Source: a virus (lineage: Duplodnaviria; Caudoviricetes). Taken from it: DNA of 54,831 bases. Of this stretch, positions 37,959-47,962 are shown piece after piece; position 1 is the stretch's first letter, and every line of letters starts with the position of its first letter. The stretch spans positions 1 through 54,831 of the IMG/VR virus record IMGVR_UViG_3300043394_000753. One strand, 5' to 3'. Below the pieces are notes generated by a model. The model was not told the DNA's origin. It saw only the letters and a program-made list of their open reading frames with translations, and searched no databases. A program made the translations under genes and the position numbers.

Positions 37959-40268
37959 TTATTTTTTAAGTAAATCAATTTCAGCCTTTAATTCATTAAT
38001 TGCTTGAATTAATAATGGTACAATTTTTTCATATTGTACTGTTATGTAGTTTTCACCAGATTTAGAATTTCCGTTTTCATCCATGTCGAATGGCGCGGTT
38101 TTAATAACTTCTGGTAATACTTCTTGAATTTCTTGTGCGATTACTCCGACCTGTTGACTGTAGTCATTATAACCAAACTGCTCAGCAAATTTATTTTGAG
38201 TATAAGATACACCTCTTATTTTTCCAACTTTAATTAAAGCGTCTTCAATAGGTTTAATGTTATCTTTAAGTCTCTTATCTGAGTAGAATGCAATAATATC
38301 TCCAGATGCTACAACTCTACCTCCTCCGATTGGACTTGTTCCAACACCAATAGAGTTAAAGTGCCAGTCAGATCCCCAACCGCCTCCACCTGCAGGTCCA
38401 GTTGCACCCGTAGGTCCAGTAGGTCCAGTAGGTCCAGTAGGTCCTTGCGGTCCAGTTGCCCCTGTTCCACCGTTAGATCCACTAGGCCCAGTAGGTCCTT
38501 GTGGTCCAGTTGATCCATTAGTTCCATTTGATCCAGTAAATCCTTGGAAACCTCTAACACCTTGTGGTCCGGTTGCTCCGGCTGCTCCACCTGGTCCTTG
38601 TATACCTTGTGGTCCAGTTGCTCCGGCTGCTCCACCTGGTCCTTGTATACCTTGTGGTCCAGTTGCTCCAGTTGCTCCGTTAGATCCTGTTGGTCCAGTT
38701 GGTCCTTGAACACCTTGTGCTCCAGTAGATCCATTAGTTCCATTTGATCCAGTAAATCCTTGGAAACCTCTAACACCTTGTGGTCCAGTTGCCCCTGTTC
38801 CACCGTTAGATCCACTAGGCCCAGTTGGTCCTTGAACACCTTGTGCTCCAGTAGATCCATTTGTTCCATTTGTTCCAGCAGCACCTTGTGGTCCAGTAGA
38901 TCCTGTTGTTCCAGTTGTTCCAGTAAATCCTTGGAAACCTCTTTCTCCTTGAATACCCTGAATACCCTGAATACCTTGGTCTCCTTTAGCACCTTGTGCT
39001 CCAGCAGCACCTTGTGGTCCAGTAGATCCTGTTGTTCCAGTTGTTCCAGTAAATCCTTGGAAACCTCTTTCTCCTTGAATACCCTGAATACCCTGAATAC
39101 CTTGGTCTCCTTTAGCACCTTGTGCTCCAGTAAATCCTTGATCTCCTTTGATACCTTGAATACCTTGAATACCTTGGTCTCCTTTAGCACCTTGTGCTCC
39201 AGTAAATCCTTGGTCTCCTTTAGCTCCAGTTGTTCCAGTAATACCTTGAATACCTTGGTCTCCTTTGAATCCTTGGTCTCCTTTAGCACCCTGTGCTCCA
39301 GTAAATCCTTGGTCTCCTTTAATACCTTGAATACCTTGTTCTCCTTGGTCTCCTTTAGCACCCTGTGCTCCAGTTTCTCCAGTAAATCCTTGGTCTCCTT
39401 TAGGACCTACTACATTTTGATTAGATACTGGTGTTTGTCCATTATCCAATGATATTGTTAATAATCCGTTATTAACGGTTACTGTATTTACAGAAACCCC
39501 TGTAAATCCTTGGTCACCTTTAAATCCTTGATCTCCTTTGAATCCTTGGTCTCCTTTAATACCTTGAATACCTTGTTCTCCTTGGTCTCCTTTAGCACCT
39601 TGGTCTCCTTTGAATCCTTGGTCTCCTTTGAATCCTTGGTCTCCTTTGATACCTTGTTCTCCTTGAATACCTTGAATACCTTGTTCTCCTTGGTCTCCTT
39701 TGAATCCTTGGTCTCCTTTGAATCCTTGGTCTCCTTTGAATCCTTGTTCTCCTTGAATACCTTGAATACCTTGTTCACCTTGGTCTCCTTTAAATCCTTG
39801 GTCTCCTTTGATACCTTGTTCTCCTTGAATACCTTGAATACCTTGTTCTCCTTGGTCTCCTTTAGCTCCTTGGTCACCAGTTAAACCCTGAATACCTTGT
39901 TCTCCTTGAATACCTTGAATACCTTGTTCTCCTTGGTCTCCTTTGAATCCTTGGTCACCTTTGAATCCTTGGTCACCTTTAAGACCTTGTTCTCCAGTAA
40001 ATCCTTGGTCTCCTTTAATACCCTGAATACCTTGAATACCTTGTTCTCCTTGGTCTCCTTTAGCTCCTTGGTCACCAGTTAAACCTTGAATACCTTGTAT
40101 TCCTTGTTCTCCTTGATCGCCTTTATCTCCCTTAGAACCTTGGTCTCCTGTAGCGCCTTGGTCTCCAACTAAACCTTGAATACCTTGTATTCCTTGTTCT
40201 CCTTGAAGTCCTTGGTCACCTTTAAATCCTTGTGCTCCAGCGGTAGAAATATACGGTGTTATTGCCAT
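37959..40268 (-). CDS. collagen-like fibre protein with C-terminal intramolecular chaperone (peptidase S74-like)
   Basis: Roughly 200 Gly-X-Y triplets with one non-collagen insert; C-terminal [10 protein letters not shown]...GVIAQE...[15 protein letters not shown]. Confidence 0.92.
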   Translation of the reverse strand: MAITPYISTAGAQGFKGDQGLQGEQGIQGIQGLVGDQGATGDQGSKGDKGDQGEQGIQGIQGLTGDQGAKGDQGEQGIQGIQGIKGDQGFTGEQGLKGDQGFKGDQGFKGDQGEQGIQGIQGEQGIQGLTGDQGAKGDQGEQGIQGIQGEQGIKGDQGFKGDQGEQGIQGIQGEQGFKGDQGFKGDQGFKGDQGEQGIQGIQGEQGIKGDQGFKGDQGFKGDQGAKGDQGEQGIQGIKGDQGFKGDQGFKGDQGFTGVSVNTVTVNNGLLTISLDNGQTPVSNQNVVGPKGDQGFTGETGAQGAKGDQGEQGIQGIKGDQGFTGAQGAKGDQGFKGDQGIQGITGTTGAKGDQGFTGAQGAKGDQGIQGIQGIKGDQGFTGAQGAKGDQGIQGIQGIQGERGFQGFTGTTGTTGSTGPQGAAGAQGAKGDQGIQGIQGIQGERGFQGFTGTTGTTGSTGPQGAAGTNGTNGSTGAQGVQGPTGPSGSNGGTGATGPQGVRGFQGFTGSNGTNGSTGAQGVQGPTGPTGSNGATGATGPQGIQGPGGAAGATGPQGIQGPGGAAGATGPQGVRGFQGFTGSNGTNGSTGPQGPTGPSGSNGGTGATGPQGPTGPTGPTGPTGATGPAGGGGWGSDWHFNSIGVGTSPIGGGRVVASGDIIAFYSDKRLKDNIKPIEDALIKVGKIRGVSYTQNKFAEQFGYNDYSQQVGVIAQEIQEVLPEVIKTAPFDMDENGNSKSGENYITVQYEKIVPLLIQAINELKAEIDLLKK
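38390..40240. repeat. 9-bp-periodic coding tandem repeats (collagen triplets)
   Basis: Recurrent ccttggtct, cctttgaat, ccttgaata and ccttgttct units, plus larger duplicated blocks. Confidence 0.9.
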
Positions 40269-40297
40269 TGTTTTTCTATTTTTTTTTGTTTAATTTA

Positions 40298-41056
40298 TTA
40301 GTCTAATGTAGATTTTTCATATACTAAATCTATCGTGTCACTAGTACCTATTGCGTATCCAGTAACATTTGAGTTCCAATATAATGTATCACCTGCTGTT
40401 AAAGTTGCAATTGATTTTGCACTTAAACCACCATCATTTGAGAAGTAAACTTCCCCATCTCTGTTACCATAAGATTCAGTAACTGCAATACCATTAATGT
40501 ACACCTGTACTGTTGAATCAGCAAATGGTGTATAATCTAATGTAATTCCAGTTGAAGAGTAATTTCCATCAGTGAATTCTGAAGGTAAAGATTGTGTGTA
40601 CTCTTGTCCTTGTGCTGTTGGTACTACTCCTAAACTTGGTCTCCATGGAAGTACTTGTGCAGTTTCAGAAGTAATAGCCTGAATAATAGGATTACTGTAA
40701 GTAAAATTAGGATTTGACGTTGAATTATGCTCAGCCATAGTACCATTACCGCTTTCATCAACAACATAGAATTTTCCAGGAGTTAACCCCCATTCAGAAA
40801 CTTCAATATTACCGATTTGAACTGCAACAAATGTGTCGGTTGTAACACTTTCAACAACAAGTCTACCTAGTTTATCAGCTGCTGATGCATCTGCTAAAAT
40901 CCAAGATCCATTAAGAAATGCAATAACATTCCCTGCTGCAAAGCCATGACCTACTTGAGAGTAAGTTGACTTTAAAGACCCAGATTCTAACCTAGCATTG
41001 ATTGCGTTTAGGGTAGTTTGTAAACCCTCAATCTGCTTGATTTTAATTTGTGACAT
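40298..41056 (-). CDS. putative virion fibre-associated protein (start likely 41056, MSQIKIKQI)
   Basis: Shares an N-terminal QI..KQI motif with 43814-45766 and a C-terminal V.VNG...D.I.L.Y domain with 45936-47168. Confidence 0.65.
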   Translation of the reverse strand: MSQIKIKQIEGLQTTLNAINARLESGSLKSTYSQVGHGFAAGNVIAFLNGSWILADASAADKLGRLVVESVTTDTFVAVQIGNIEVSEWGLTPGKFYVVDESGNGTMAEHNSTSNPNFTYSNPIIQAITSETAQVLPWRPSLGVVPTAQGQEYTQSLPSEFTDGNYSSTGITLDYTPFADSTVQVYINGIAVTESYGNRDGEVYFSNDGGLSAKSIATLTAGDTLYWNSNVTGYAIGTSDTIDLVYEKSTLD

Positions 41057-41190
41057 AGATTTTTTGTTTTTATTTTTTTCTGTCAAAAGAGTTATTTAGT
41101 TAACTCTGTTCATATGTATATATTCACTGAAATTAGGTACGCGTTCACATTTTGCTGGGAATATCTTAATATAATACTGATAAATATTAC

Positions 41191-41766
41191 ATGGATGCAA
41201 TACTAAAAAAACTTATTAGAGATTATAATTATCTGAAAGAGACATTGGACGATGTTAAGGAAATTTCAAGTTTAGCAGAGGGAGAATTTAGAAGTGCTTT
41301 ATTAGAATCTGACCCGGATGCAATGGAAGCTTTACGTCCAAAGTCACCTGAAATAAATATTGAAATTGAAGAAATTGAAGCCCCTATTGTAGAAAATCAT
41401 AACGATGTTAAATTTAAAAAATTGTTTAGAAAAATTGCGGTAAAGTGTCATCCTGACAAATTAAATAATCAAGCGGGAGAAGACATTGAATTTCTTAAAA
41501 AAACATATGAAGATTTAAACCTAGCTAATGAAAATCATGATTGGGGTATGCTGTTAAAACTTGCAATGGAACTTAATGTTGAATTTAATGAACTCGAAGA
41601 GAGTGAAATTAGTAATATTAAGGAAAATATCGAAAAACTCCAGGGTCAAATCCAGACATATGAAAGTTCTATGGCATATGCGTGGTATACTAAAAATGAC
41701 GAGAATTCAAAAAAAGAATATCTCGCCATTTGTGCTAATATATTTAAAAAGACTTTAAAGGATTAA
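41191..41766 (+). CDS. J-domain-containing protein (internal HPD)
   Basis: FKKLFRKIAVKCHPDK; the only convincing plus-strand gene; GATAAATA motif at 41179-41186. Confidence 0.8.
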   Translation: MDAILKKLIRDYNYLKETLDDVKEISSLAEGEFRSALLESDPDAMEALRPKSPEINIEIEEIEAPIVENHNDVKFKKLFRKIAVKCHPDKLNNQAGEDIEFLKKTYEDLNLANENHDWGMLLKLAMELNVEFNELEESEISNIKENIEKLQGQIQTYESSMAYAWYTKNDENSKKEYLAICANIFKKTLKD

Positions 41767-42533
41767 ATATCCCATAAATCTACATAGTGACATCTTACAT
41801 AAATTGCTCTGTCAAATACCATTCCTCTTGGATTTTCTGCTCGCAGTCTTTTATTAAAATCAACGTCTTCGCTAACACCAACTGCATCTCTCCATTTAGT
41901 ATTGCAATCAATTGTATGCATTAATAACCATGGACTTAATACTGCCATACCTGGTTTTACTATAGTTTTTGTCCATTTACCCTGCAACCCATCTATTTCG
42001 GTGTCATTGGCATGATTACTTTCAAAAAGTTCTTGGCTATCTGGCCAATTTGCATTTTCATTATCGTACCATACTGTGTTAATCCACCATGAAAGCTCAG
42101 TATTTATATTGTATGTAAGAAGTAAAGTTAGTGTGAATTCAGGTAATAAAAAATCATCTGAATCCATATATGTTACCAGCTCTCCAGTTGCTGCTCCAAC
42201 ACCAACTCTTCTTGCAAATCCTCTATAATATTTATGCCCATTACCATCTATCTCGTACATGTTTGGCGTATCTTTATCAATGTATATAAATTTAATTGAC
42301 GGATCTTTTTTAAACTCTCTGGCGTATGTCTGGTGTGTTTTAGTGCAACCGTCTGCTACTATAATCAATTCACAATTTTTATAGATTTGATTTTGAAAAC
42401 TTTTTACAGCTCTTTTAAATTTAGCGATAGCGTCTGTTCTTGCACCTGGATAATCTCCAAGATATGATTGCATAACTATTGAGATTTTTGGTTTCTTAAT
42501 AGATTCCATTATTTCGTTTAATTCTTGATTCAT
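41763..42533 (-). CDS. glycosyltransferase family 2
   Basis: ISIVM, ELIIVADG, YMDSDD and SEDVDF motifs. Confidence 0.85.
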   Translation of the reverse strand: MNQELNEIMESIKKPKISIVMQSYLGDYPGARTDAIAKFKRAVKSFQNQIYKNCELIIVADGCTKTHQTYAREFKKDPSIKFIYIDKDTPNMYEIDGNGHKYYRGFARRVGVGAATGELVTYMDSDDFLLPEFTLTLLLTYNINTELSWWINTVWYDNENANWPDSQELFESNHANDTEIDGLQGKWTKTIVKPGMAVLSPWLLMHTIDCNTKWRDAVGVSEDVDFNKRLRAENPRGMVFDRAIYVRCHYVDLWDI

Positions 42534-43729
42534 TATTTATAAGTATTTGTTTTCCAATTATATTTATATGAAAGATTATGTTTTTTAGGTTCCCATAAAT
42601 TTTCAATTAGTTTTCTATATGTATCTACAACTTCTGGATTTGAAGATAGGTATCTATCTAAAACCTTCTGGTTGCTTATTTTATATTCTTCAATATTATT
42701 ATCGTGTTCGTTAATAGCTTTATTCAACTGTTTCATACCATCAAAGATTTTGAAATCTTTATAGTAATATCCAGCGTCTTTGATAAACTCTGCATTATGA
42801 ACAACTGGATATCCAAAATGAATAGCATCTAAATATGAATAATTTAGTGGATTTCCCCATTGATGTGCTAAAACAACATCAGTCTCTTCTGCTAAAAATG
42901 TAGTTACTGGATATCTTGGTATAAATTTAATTAATGGGTTTGCTCTGTTTATAGCATCTAGATTTTTAATCATACCCATAAAATATTTATTCTTAAGAAG
43001 TTTATTTCCACTTCCAACATACAATTGTTTAAATGAACCCTCGCCGAATTTTCTAAAAAAGGCCTCGACAATCATAATAGGTATTAATGAATATTTAACA
43101 ACATTAAGATTAGGTTCCATCACTGATATTTTCTTTTCTGAAACTGGTCTTATTTTATATTCAGGTATATTTTTTCCAAGTGATTTAAGAATTTCTTTAT
43201 TTTTATCAATGAACATAGGATCCCACACAAATGGAACTACTTTAACCTCATCTGGATTGTGTCTATATATTAATTCAAAGTATTCTTTGTTATGGTGTTC
43301 CTGTTGTGGTATTAACCATGTTTGATCGTGCCCTTTATCCCATGAAGGAATTCCAGGTGCATCAGGATCTCCGAATAAAACTCTTTCCATATCAATTACA
43401 TAATTGTTACCGCATTGATATTTTACGATTTTAGCGTTTGGATTATTTTGTTTGATTGCGTTTGCATAATGTTCAGGTATTGAAGTACCTAGGGTTATTA
43501 ATAGGTCAAGTTCCTTCCATTTGTCAGTAAACTTAAATATCTTAAATTTTGTAGTGTCCCATTGAACCTTTGTTAAATCTGTAACTTTATCAGATGTATC
43601 TAGAATCCAAACTTCATGTCCTCCTATATTTAATAGAGTGTTTGCTAAATATAGAGCATTTAGCTTGATTCCATTAATCCAAAGAGATTCATTTTCTCTG
43701 GTAAGTCCTATAGTGATTCCAATTTTCAT
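42533..43729 (-). CDS. DUF2827-like protein (probable GT-B glycosyltransferase)
   Basis: SLWINGI..N, MEPNLNVVK and HQWGNPLNYSYLDA...GYPVVHN motifs recalled for DUF2827. Confidence 0.75.
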   Translation of the reverse strand: MKIGITIGLTRENESLWINGIKLNALYLANTLLNIGGHEVWILDTSDKVTDLTKVQWDTTKFKIFKFTDKWKELDLLITLGTSIPEHYANAIKQNNPNAKIVKYQCGNNYVIDMERVLFGDPDAPGIPSWDKGHDQTWLIPQQEHHNKEYFELIYRHNPDEVKVVPFVWDPMFIDKNKEILKSLGKNIPEYKIRPVSEKKISVMEPNLNVVKYSLIPIMIVEAFFRKFGEGSFKQLYVGSGNKLLKNKYFMGMIKNLDAINRANPLIKFIPRYPVTTFLAEETDVVLAHQWGNPLNYSYLDAIHFGYPVVHNAEFIKDAGYYYKDFKIFDGMKQLNKAINEHDNNIEEYKISNQKVLDRYLSSNPEVVDTYRKLIENLWEPKKHNLSYKYNWKTNTYK

Positions 43730-43764
43730 AATGAAATGATTTATTTTTGATTTATATATTCATG

Positions 43765-43793
43765 AAAAAAGGGACCACATAGGGTCCCTTTTT
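43765..43793 (-). terminator. intrinsic terminator (potentially bidirectional)
   Basis: aaaaaa-gggacc-acatag-ggtccc-ttttt. Confidence 0.8.
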
Positions 43794-43813
43794 ATTTAAT
43801 TAGAATCTACTAA

Positions 43814-45766
43814 TTATTTTTGGTAAACAAAAACAACAGTATCGTCTTCATCAATTACGTAACCTGGAGTTACTAGAGCAATAGCAGTACCTTCAACAGA
43901 AGAAACTTTAACTCTATGTCCATTAACGAATGCGTTAACTAAAGATTTGTTATCATCTTGTACGTTGAAGTCCAATGTGTAAGATAAACCGTTTCCAGTT
44001 TTAAATTCTTCAACCATTTGAACATCTTCCATGATGTAACCTTCTAATGCGTCTAATCTAGCATCATGTGCAACTTCTAATGCATCGATGTTGTCGCTTA
44101 ATGTAGCAACTTCACCATTAAAGAAAGTTTCTAATGAACCTTCAGCAGCGATAGCTCTTGCTTTTTCAACAGAATCAGCAGCAGAAACAACAGCCTCTAA
44201 TGAAGTAAAGTCAGCGTTTGTAGCAGAGATCTCAGCAGATAAAGCTAATTCTAATGAATCAACAGAATCAACTAAGCTAGCACCTACAGCACCTAATCTA
44301 GTGTCGATAGATGTAACGTCAGCGTTTGTAGCAGAGATTTCAGCAGTTAAAGCAACTTCTAATGAATCGATAGAAGCGTCAGTAGCTAAAGCGTAAGAAG
44401 CAAATGCGTTATCATTAGTAGTATCAACTTGGTTGATTAAAGAAACAATTTCAGCGAATGTATCTTTATCAGCATCTGAGGCTAATAAGATAGCATCAAT
44501 TCTACCTTTTTCAGTAGAGATTTTACCATCTAATACTAATTCAGTAGATACGTGCTCGTTATGTTCAGCGATGATTTCAGCAGACAATAAAGCCTCAACT
44601 GATTCAACTCTTGATTTTTCAGTAGAAAATTTACCTTCGATAGAAGTAACGTCACCGTTTGTAGCAGCGATTTCAGCAGATAAAGCCAATTCTAATGAAT
44701 CGATAGAAGAATTAACTTCTACGAAGTCAGCGTTTGTAGCAGAGATTTCAGCAGTTAATGCTAATTCTAATGAATCAACAGAATCAACTAAGTTTCCAGA
44801 TACAGCTCCTAATCTTGTGTCGATAGAAGCAACTTCATTAACAACCTCAGTAGATAAAGCTGATAAATCGTCAGCTAATACTTCTTCAGCAGCGAATGCT
44901 CTTGCAACTTCAGTAGATAAATCATTAGTTAATACTCCTTCAGCAGCGAATGCTCTTGCAACTTCAGTAGATAAATCATTAGTTAATACTCCTTCAGAAG
45001 CTAATGCTCTTGAAGTTTCTCCTGAGATTTTACCTTCAACTGAAACGAAATCAGCGTTTGTAGCAGCAATTTCTGCAGATAAAGCAAATTCTAATGAATC
45101 GATAGAGTTGTTAATACCATTAACGTCTGCATTTGTAGCAGCGATTTCAGTAGATAAAGCTCCTTCTAATTCTGTAGCTCTAGTGTTAATAGAAGTTACA
45201 TCAGCATTTGTAGCAGAGATTTCAGCGTTTAAGTCAAGAATAACTTGTGCTACTGCATTGTCATTTGTTAAATCAACAGCGTTGATTACAGAAACGATTT
45301 CAGCGAATGAATCTTTGTCAGCGTCTGAAGCTAATAAGATTGCATCGATTCTACCTTTTTCAGTTGCAACGTTTGCATCAATTCTAGTAACGTCAGAATT
45401 TGTAGCAGAGATTTCAGCAGATAATGCAACTTCTAATGAATCGATAGAAGCAATAACTTCAGTGTGATCCATTGCTTGCATGTTTTCTAACGAATCAATA
45501 GATGCAGCTAAAATACCTTCTTCAGTCTGAGCTCTTAACATTTCATCAGAAGTGTACTGTCTAGCATCGAAAATTTCAGAAGATAATTGAATCTCTAATG
45601 AGTCAATAGATGCACCTGCACCACCTGATAAACCAGCGATTTGCTCATCAATATACAACTTAGTGTCAGCTGCATTGGCAATTTTAGTTTTGTCAGACGT
45701 ACTTAATGTTCCGAAGTTTACCGTAGATAAGAAATCAGAAATTTGTTTTGAACGAATTTGTGCCAT
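43814..45766 (-). CDS. alpha-helical repeat (coiled-coil) fibre-like virion protein
   Basis: Repeated SIDSLELALSAEISATNADV units; two copies of TEKGRIDAILLASDADKD.FAEIV; small C-terminal beta domain. Confidence 0.75.
   Translation of the reverse strand: MAQIRSKQISDFLSTVNFGTLSTSDKTKIANAADTKLYIDEQIAGLSGGAGASIDSLEIQLSSEIFDARQYTSDEMLRAQTEEGILAASIDSLENMQAMDHTEVIASIDSLEVALSAEISATNSDVTRIDANVATEKGRIDAILLASDADKDSFAEIVSVINAVDLTNDNAVAQVILDLNAEISATNADVTSINTRATELEGALSTEIAATNADVNGINNSIDSLEFALSAEIAATNADFVSVEGKISGETSRALASEGVLTNDLSTEVARAFAAEGVLTNDLSTEVARAFAAEEVLADDLSALSTEVVNEVASIDTRLGAVSGNLVDSVDSLELALTAEISATNADFVEVNSSIDSLELALSAEIAATNGDVTSIEGKFSTEKSRVESVEALLSAEIIAEHNEHVSTELVLDGKISTEKGRIDAILLASDADKDTFAEIVSLINQVDTTNDNAFASYALATDASIDSLEVALTAEISATNADVTSIDTRLGAVGASLVDSVDSLELALSAEISATNADFTSLEAVVSAADSVEKARAIAAEGSLETFFNGEVATLSDNIDALEVAHDARLDALEGYIMEDVQMVEEFKTGNGLSYTLDFNVQDDNKSLVNAFVNGHRVKVSSVEGTAIALVTPGYVIDEDDTVVFVYQK
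44885..44992. repeat. exact 54-bp tandem duplication within the fibre gene
   Basis: ttcagcagcgaatgctcttgcaacttcagtagataaatcattagttaatactcc occurs twice (18 codons). Confidence 0.85.
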
Positions 45767-45788
45767 ATTATAAATATAGGTTTTTTTG

Positions 45789-45838
45789 GCTCGCAGACAT
45801 TATTGTCCACGAAGTAACACACATTATTGTATGTAACT
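45789..45838 (-). promoter_or_regulatory. tandem stem-loops with identical ACA-AUAA-UGU tops in the 5' leader
   Basis: acattattgt at 45797-45806 and 45821-45830; stems need G-U pairs that form only on the minus-strand RNA. Confidence 0.6.
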
Positions 45839-45935
45839 GTATTATATATTTGGATTGTAATAGGAAAAACAGTTGTTTTTCATATATTATGTGATTATTT
45901 TTAATAAAAAAATAAAAAAAACGTTTTTTGCAGAA

Positions 45936-47168
45936 TTATCTTAAATCGTCAACATTTGACTCGTAGATTAAACTAATTTCATCACCAGGTGCTAACTCAA
46001 ACCCAGCAACATCTCCATTCCATATCAATTGGTCACCTGATCTAACATCACTCATAGAAACAGCGCTTAATCCATTGTTTCCTGAAAAATATGCAGAACA
46101 TCCAGTAGATGCGTTTCCAACATCAACGCTAATTCCGTTTACTTCTACCATAACGTAAGAGTCGTAATATGGTGAATATGTTATAAATATTCCAGTAGGT
46201 GACTTAGGTCCATTTGTATATAAATCAACTACTTTATTTTTGTCAAAGTATGTTAACATTCCATCTGGTTTAATATCTGTTCCAGTTATTCCATGTGTAT
46301 CGATTGAATACGTAACCTCGTCTCCAATTTGCCAAAGAGTTTTAGATACTCCAGGGCCTGATGCAATATCTTCTAAAGCCACCTTTATTTTAATACCATC
46401 AGTAGCATCTTGATTTCCACTGCCACTTGTTATATCTACTCTTTCCCATTCTATAATTTTATAGATGACAAAGAATTTTGAATTTTTAGTAGAATATAAT
46501 GTAAGAATTCCTTCTATTCCATCTGAATCCATTCTATTAACTAAAAAGTTTTCTAATTGAGTAGCTCTAACTAAATTTTTATCTAAATTTCTAAAAATCA
46601 TATGAGTTACATCGGATGGAATTTGTGAATTTATAGACATTTTTCCGTATGTTGTTGGTAAACTTAAATCAGTGTATTGAATATTAAAAACTGGAGTACC
46701 TATTGAAGATACTGGTACTGCAGGTGGTTCTGGATTTTCACCGCCTCCTCCATTATTATCGCCTGCAATAACCTGCCCTATATTAAAGGTTGGCATTATG
46801 TATGTTTTTGACTTTGGAAAAAAGTCTGAAAATATTAATGTGATTTGAATTAAAAGGTCGCCTGAATCCAAAGACATAGATTGCATTTCATTAATTTCAA
46901 AACTAATAACTCCAGGTTGATTTAAAGAAGGATCTTTAAAATTTAAAATATCTGAAACACCAGGTACTACTGGCGAATTATACATCAATACCTTTCTAAA
47001 TTGTTTATTTAATATAGCAACCGATATTACAGATACATTTCTTGCGTTTAATTGATTTCCTATAAAATCTCTGTGCAAGGTTATATCATATGTATATGAT
47101 TCTCCTTGTGTAATATTTGTGGTATTATCTATGCTTGCGATAATGTCTTCTAGTACAACGTATGCCAT
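45936..47168 (-). CDS. putative virion protein
   Basis: 410 aa; C-terminal domain similar to that of 40298-41056 (TGI.(L/I).Y.P..DS.V.V.(I/V)NGI.V...YFS..G.SA...GD.L.WN). Confidence 0.65.
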   Translation of the reverse strand: MAYVVLEDIIASIDNTTNITQGESYTYDITLHRDFIGNQLNARNVSVISVAILNKQFRKVLMYNSPVVPGVSDILNFKDPSLNQPGVISFEINEMQSMSLDSGDLLIQITLIFSDFFPKSKTYIMPTFNIGQVIAGDNNGGGGENPEPPAVPVSSIGTPVFNIQYTDLSLPTTYGKMSINSQIPSDVTHMIFRNLDKNLVRATQLENFLVNRMDSDGIEGILTLYSTKNSKFFVIYKIIEWERVDITSGSGNQDATDGIKIKVALEDIASGPGVSKTLWQIGDEVTYSIDTHGITGTDIKPDGMLTYFDKNKVVDLYTNGPKSPTGIFITYSPYYDSYVMVEVNGISVDVGNASTGCSAYFSGNNGLSAVSMSDVRSGDQLIWNGDVAGFELAPGDEISLIYESNVDDLR

Positions 47169-47200
47169 TTTTGAAAATTATTTTTTATAGTCTATATATT

Positions 47201-47902
47201 CTAGATTCCATGTTTGATTCTATTAAATACAGCATATTGCATTAAAGGAAGCATGCACTCTTCAAATGGTGGAATATTAGATTTTATTTTTACATCAAAT
47301 CTAAAAAATCTATATGCATTAGAATTTGACTCTGAATTTGCAATAAAAACTGCAATTTCTCTAAGTTCATTTTTTATTTCAGTAACCTTTGTTAGTTTAA
47401 AATCATTCCAATCTATTTTAAAACTGGTTGGCTCTATGTATTTGTAGATTTTTATAGTATCTTCACCTGGAACAATATACATTATATAGCCCATCGTGTT
47501 TAACATTTTTTTGTCAGGTATTTCTGTTATTTCACACTCTGACTCCAACGCTCTCCATTTATCTCTTATGAATTTATATAATGTTTCAAGTCTATTTATT
47601 GCAAGATCGCATATGTCGTATATAACTTGTAAATCTTCTCCTGCTTCTGAATAACTGTAAGATAGTGACATATTATCAAGGTCTATTCCACTTACCCTTT
47701 TACCCTTAGATTCGATTAAATTTTTATTATATTTTATACTGTATAATCTTTCAAGTTCAAGTTCAACTGCAGTAATCGCGGAGTATAGTGAATTGGCAAC
47801 TATCAATTTTTTTATTTTTTTGATACCTGCCAATAACTTGTATTGCTTTGATTCAAAGTCAAAGGGGGGAGTAGTAATCCAATATTTATCAAATATTTCC
47901 AT
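47201..47902 (-). CDS. hypothetical protein
   Basis: 233-aa ORF; PFDFESKQYKLLA N-terminus; late-type motif at 47904-47914. Confidence 0.7.
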   Translation of the reverse strand: MEIFDKYWITTPPFDFESKQYKLLAGIKKIKKLIVANSLYSAITAVELELERLYSIKYNKNLIESKGKRVSGIDLDNMSLSYSYSEAGEDLQVIYDICDLAINRLETLYKFIRDKWRALESECEITEIPDKKMLNTMGYIMYIVPGEDTIKIYKYIEPTSFKIDWNDFKLTKVTEIKNELREIAVFIANSESNSNAYRFFRFDVKIKSNIPPFEECMLPLMQYAVFNRIKHGI

Positions 47903-47962
47903 GTTATATTTATCTAAATTAACATTTGAATATTGATAGAATTGAAATTATATTAGTATATC

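Noticed and set aside
38309-40082. Long alternative-frame and antisense ORFs over the collagen gene (e.g. 350 aa at 38309-39361, 230 aa at 38760-39452)
   Set aside because: They are shadows of the stop-poor 9-bp repeat ([15 protein letters not shown] patterns), not independent genes.
38390-40240. Repeat array as a possible CRISPR
   Set aside because: There are no unique spacers; the repeats are in-frame Gly-X-Y codons.
44088-45467. Plus-strand ORFs of 102 and 344 aa
   Set aside because: Antisense shadows of the repetitive, codon-biased fibre gene.
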